Shown here piece by piece: positions 59,607-64,000 of a stretch of DNA of 64,000 nucleotides; position 1 is the stretch's first letter; each line of letters starts with the position of its first letter. The notes under the pieces were generated by a model. The model saw nothing but the letters and a program-made list of their open reading frames with translations. It was not told the origin of the DNA and did not search any database. This DNA comes from Nemertoderma westbladi (Eukaryota > Animalia > Xenacoelomorpha). Position numbers and translations under genes: made by a program. The stretch covers positions 30,904 to 94,903 of the forward strand of contig JAUCBJ010009127.1 of assembly GCA_032718475.1 (NCBI GenBank). Direction: 5' to 3'.

Positions 59607-61606
59607 CACTGATACAGACAGTGTTAGGCCAGGAAGTAGTCAATGCCCTTCAACCATGCAGGGACATTTTATTAATCATTAAAGCTTATTGTTGAACGCT
59701 ATTTGAATCCAAACAATATGTCGAATAAAGTGTTATTATAAACGCCAATAACGCGTTTCAGCCATTCACGGCCATGTCATATTGTTCCGCAGTAAAAGAG
59801 AACCCGCAGTGCAAATCCGCAACTGTTAAAGATTACAGGTACTAATTAATTAATGAAATATTATTAAAATGTCATGTTCAATGAGAAATATTATGAAGAA
59901 TATATTAAACTATTGTTAACGCTATGCCTCATATTGGGTATCGCGAAAACGGCCTTTTTAGAAATGCGCGATATTCTGAGGAAACAACCTGGCAATAATA
60001 ATTACTAATTAATTACGAAATGTTTAACAATAGGATGTCCATCAATAGGACATGGTTATTCATTCAAATGACAGTTTTTTGTTGAGTTTCGACGAAATGA
60101 GATGCGTTTTACAAATAATGTAGTTTCTCTTAGTTGACGGAGCAGTTGTGTGTTTATTGTGCGTTTTATGCTACAGGGATGTCACGTTTTCTGGCTTTTA
60201 GCCTTTCCGCGCCCGCTGTGCAACGGCCATTAAGCGGGCCCGGTCGACGGCCTTTTAACTGAGACGTGGAAGGCAGCAATTACGGAACTGGTACACCGAT
60301 TACGGGCGTAACGCCTACACTTATTCGCTTTCTGGACCCCATAAAGAGGCGCTCTCTTAATCATACTGGAATACACGAAAACGCCATTTAATGATGTTTT
60401 GCGATTCTCTGGTTCCATAAAGAACTATTTTATACAAGGAGAGATGGTTTATCATTAGTTACGGAGTTGTATATATATATATATATTAATATCGTGGGTT
60501 TCTTTTATTCGATATATTGAGCACTTTAAAATTTAATTAACATACACACCGAATATGAAAGTAATTATGGCATTATGAATTCCATTATACCGCGTTGGCA
60601 GTATTTGGTTAGGATTAGCATAGTAGTAAACAAATAGGATTAGCACAGTAAACAAAAATAAATATAGTATCTTGAAAGTATTCATTGCCAATAATAAATT
60701 TTATAAGTTCGCAGAAAACGAACAATCATTATGCTTTAATTATTTTTTATATGTGTAAACAAATTTATATAATGCAAATTCATAAAGGCATACCAAAGCG
60801 ACATGCATCCTTCCTTCAACCACTCCTGTAAGAGAACGCCCCGCCCCATCACCTCACCCCTACAGTATTATCCTGCAAATAGAGTATTTGTTCTGGCCTT
60901 TCCTTAATTAGTATCCGCCAAACTTCAAACAACAACAGCCTTAGATACTTCACTTATAATAATTATTATTTTCTTACGAACTCTACACTTTCCTTGGGAG
61001 AGGCGTTTTCCATTATATCTTCCCTTTAGGAGTGTCAGCGCTACCTTTAGAGAATACACTCCATGATCCTATAATTAGGTCCTCTAATACACAAACTTTA
61101 CCTTCAAAAAGTGACATATTTCTTTAAGAAGTAGTTGTAGCGAATATTAAAATATTTGTTATGAATAATTTATTAAAAGGCCGACAAAGATTCTCAGTAG
61201 CATTTACTCTGATCTTTGATATGAATGCCCAAAGAGGTGTGAATGTTTACAAATTTTCAGTTGTCTATCGTTTCCTTTCCTACCTTTGCAATTTGTTTCA
61301 GTTTTATGCTGATGCGAACATATTCGATCAATAATGTAATTTTTTTTAAATTTAAATTTTATTTAACCCACGAACGAGGTTTGTTGCAAAAGCTCAACTA
61401 CAGTAGACTCAGTGTAACTAACTAACTGCAGTCTTAGTCTTTTGATGAAACCTTAAGCGATGTTCGCAAATACTTTCTTATGATTAAAAGCATATCAATT
61501 ACAACATACTCAAAGACAATTTAATACCTAATTAAGGAAGTAATGGAACACCTAATTATTAGATTATTATTATAATAATACGCCGCGATCTAATTATTGA
61601 TTTCAG

Positions 61607-61786
61607 GGGACGGAGAAGAGGAACCACGGGGATTCTGTCATTATGCGTTGCTTTCAGTTAGTATACTTATAATCATTGTGACTCTGCCTATCGCCATATT
61701 CTTCTGTCTACGGATCGTGCAAGAATACGAGAGGGCGGTTATATTTCGGTTGGGGAAACTCGTTTCCAAAGGTGCCAGAGGTCCAG
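61607..61786 (+). CDS. Internal coding exon of a stomatin/band 7 (SPFH, mec-2-like) gene
   Basis: TTTCAG| acceptor and CCAG|GTTAGT donor, 180 nt, phase 1-1. Peptide GFCHYALLSVSILIIIVTLPIAIFFCLRIVQEYERAVIFRLGKLVSKGARGPG matches the stomatin hairpin plus QEYERAVIFRLG signature. Confidence 0.93.
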
Positions 61787-63125
61787 GTTAGTGTGGGAAG
61801 ACGTCGGTTGTCTAGGTTAGTGTGGGAAGACGTCGGTTGTCTAGGTTAGTGGGGGAAGACGTCGGTTGTCTAGGTTAGTGTGGAAGACGTCGGTTGTCTA
61901 GGTTAGTGTGGGAAGGTTAGTGTGAGAAGACGTCGGTTGTCTAGGTTAGTGTGGAAAACGTCGGTTGTCTAGGTTAGTGTGGGGAGGTTAGTGTGAGAAG
62001 TCGTCGGTTGTCTAGGTTAGTGTGGAAAACGTCGGTTGTCTAGGTTAGTGTGGGAAGGTTAGTGTGAGAAGACGTCGGTTGTCTAGGTTAGTGTGGAAAA
62101 CGTCGGTTGTCTAGGTTAGTGTGGAAAACGTCGGTTGTCTAGGTTAGTGTGGGAAGGTTAGTGTGGGAAGACGTCGGTTGTCTAGGTTAGTGTGGAAAAC
62201 GTCGGTTGTCTAGGTTAGTGTGGGAAGGTTAGTGTGAGAAGACGTCGGTTGTCTAGGTTAGTGTGGAAAACGTCGGTTGTCTAGGTTAGTGTGGAAAACG
62301 TCGGTTGTCTAGGTTAGTGTGGGAAGGTTAGTGTGGGAAGACGTCGGTTGTCTAGGTTAGTGTGGAAAACGTCGGTTGTCTAGGTTGGTGTAGGAAGACG
62401 TCGGTTGTCTAGGTTAGTGTGGAAAACGTCGGTTGTCTAGGTTGGTGTAGGAAGACGTCGGTTGTCTAGGTTAGTGTGGAAAACGTCGGTTGTCTAGGTT
62501 AGTGTGGAAAACGTCGGTTGTCTAGGTTAGTGTGGGAAGGTTAGTGTGGGAAGACGTCGGTTGTCTAGGTTAGTGTGGAAAACGTCGGTTGTCTAGGTTG
62601 GTGTAGGAAGACGTCGGTTGTCTAGGTTAGTGTGGAAAACGTCGGTTGTCTAGGTTAGTGTGGGAAGGTTAGTGTGAGAAGACGTCGGTTGTCTAGGTTA
62701 GTGTGGAAAACGTCGGTTGTCTAGGTTAGTGTGGAAAACGTCGGTTGTCTAGGTTAGTGTGGGAAGGTTAGTGTGGGAAGACGTCGGTTGTCTAGGTTAG
62801 TGTGGAAAACGTCGGTTGTCTAGGTTAGTGTGGGAAGGTTAGTGTGGGAAGACGTCGGTTGTCTAGGTTAGTGTGGAAAACGTCGGTTGTCTAGGTTAGT
62901 GTGGGAAGGTTAGTGTGAGAAGACGTCGGTTGTCTAGGTTAGTGTGGAAAACGTCGGTTGTCTAGGTTAGTGTGGAAAACGTCGGTTGTCTAGGTTAGTG
63001 TGGGAAGGTTAGTGTGGGAAGACGTCGGTTGTCTAGGTTAGTGTGGAAAACGTCGGTTGTCTAGGTTGGTGTAGGAAGACGTCGGTTGTCTAGGTTAGTG
63101 TGGAAAACGTCGCTTGTCTAGGTTA
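61785..63125. repeat. Intronic minisatellite: 28-29-bp unit with 14-bp partial units
   Basis: AGGTTAGTGTGG(AAA/GAAG)ACGTCGGTTGTCT repeated about 40 times, interspersed with AGGTTAGTGTGGGA. Confidence 0.97.
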
Positions 63126-64000
63126 AAGTAGAAAAGGTAATTTATGGTATTTGAGACACAGATAGGAGAAGGGGGGGGGGGGGTATTGAAGATATCAAAA
63201 TTGAACTAAACAGGGTAAAAATCTAAAAAACAGCTGATTTCGAGCTAAAATTTACTCTCGTTTATTGTTTTGGTGTTAGAATAACTCGCTACAATGACCT
63301 GCTCCTTATCCTGAATGGATAATTAATGTAATTATATCCGCGGAGATGCCGAGATGGGATTTGGGTTGCACCAGGAGTTCTCCTGACTCTTGAGACATAA
63401 AACCTCGATTTTAAATTCACAATGGCCGCAAGCAGTTCTTCATCGTCTCCTAGCCAGGTAGGCAATAAGGCCGATATCAGACGTCTGCTATTCATGTGAT
63501 TAATTACAATTGACTCTGTAGCCTGGCCAGTAAATCCCTAACTGCGCGATTATGGCCAAGGGAATCGGTCGATATTTCCCGAACGTCCGAAATATTTGCA
63601 TATTTTATTTCCGTTACTGCGGCAGAGCCATGCGCTATCATGCAGAAGATAATATGATGACAATAATAGTGATTCCTTTATTGGGGAAACCGAACCGGGG
63701 GACTCAAACTAATCAACAAGCGTGGCAGGTTATCGATCCTATTGGCAAACAGAACCGACGAAAAGGTAAGCGCTGCCCACTCGGAAGTCAACTGCCCCCT
63801 GCCTGGTTAACAAATAGCGACGACTGATCCTTTAGTCATCGGTACACAAAACCTCGTATCTAATTGAAATGTCCCCATAACGTTTTAATGCGGACAACAT
63901 GTGTGGCTCTACATCCCACGCTGGGGCTAAATCCCTTTAATCCCCACCATTGACTTAAGCTGGGGATTGCCGCTTTTTAACAAAAATCCTGAAATTATCT

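Noticed and set aside
59620-60430. Possible further transposon fragments (CAGGGATG..., GC-rich patch)
   Set aside because: I could not establish a matching TIR or TSD by eye.
63289-63827. Short ORFs downstream of the minisatellite as further stomatin exons
   Set aside because: None contains the expected next SPFH peptide (FF.LPC.D-like), so the next exon probably lies outside the window.

Overview
This is eukaryotic, probably invertebrate animal, genomic DNA. About 36 kb is a 45-bp pyrimidine-rich satellite array (1-24675 and 43407-55045), which accounts for all the long +strand 'HSVVVHSR/SSSSTQLW/CTLHLPLS' ORFs; I treat these as artefacts. A young, very large (18,731 bp) BEL/Pao LTR retrotransposon is inserted into the array on the minus strand, with 1178-bp LTRs and a CTTCA target-site duplication. 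Two things about it are unusual. First, in the env position it has an open 1417-aa ORF with motifs of a DEDDy/WRN-Mut-7-type 3'-5' exonuclease plus CCHC zinc knuckles. Second, it has no tRNA-type (TGG) primer-binding site: the 12 nt after the 5' LTR are the exact reverse complement of a 12-mer inside the LTR, which suggests self-primed reverse transcription. The right end of the satellite runs in frame into a LINE ORF2 relic, suggesting the monomer arose from a LINE. The last 9 kb hold an IS3EU-like non-autonomous element, a MULE-like MITE, and a stomatin-family exon whose splice donor is amplified into a 1.3-kb minisatellite. All family assignments are by-eye motif recognition; no database search was run.
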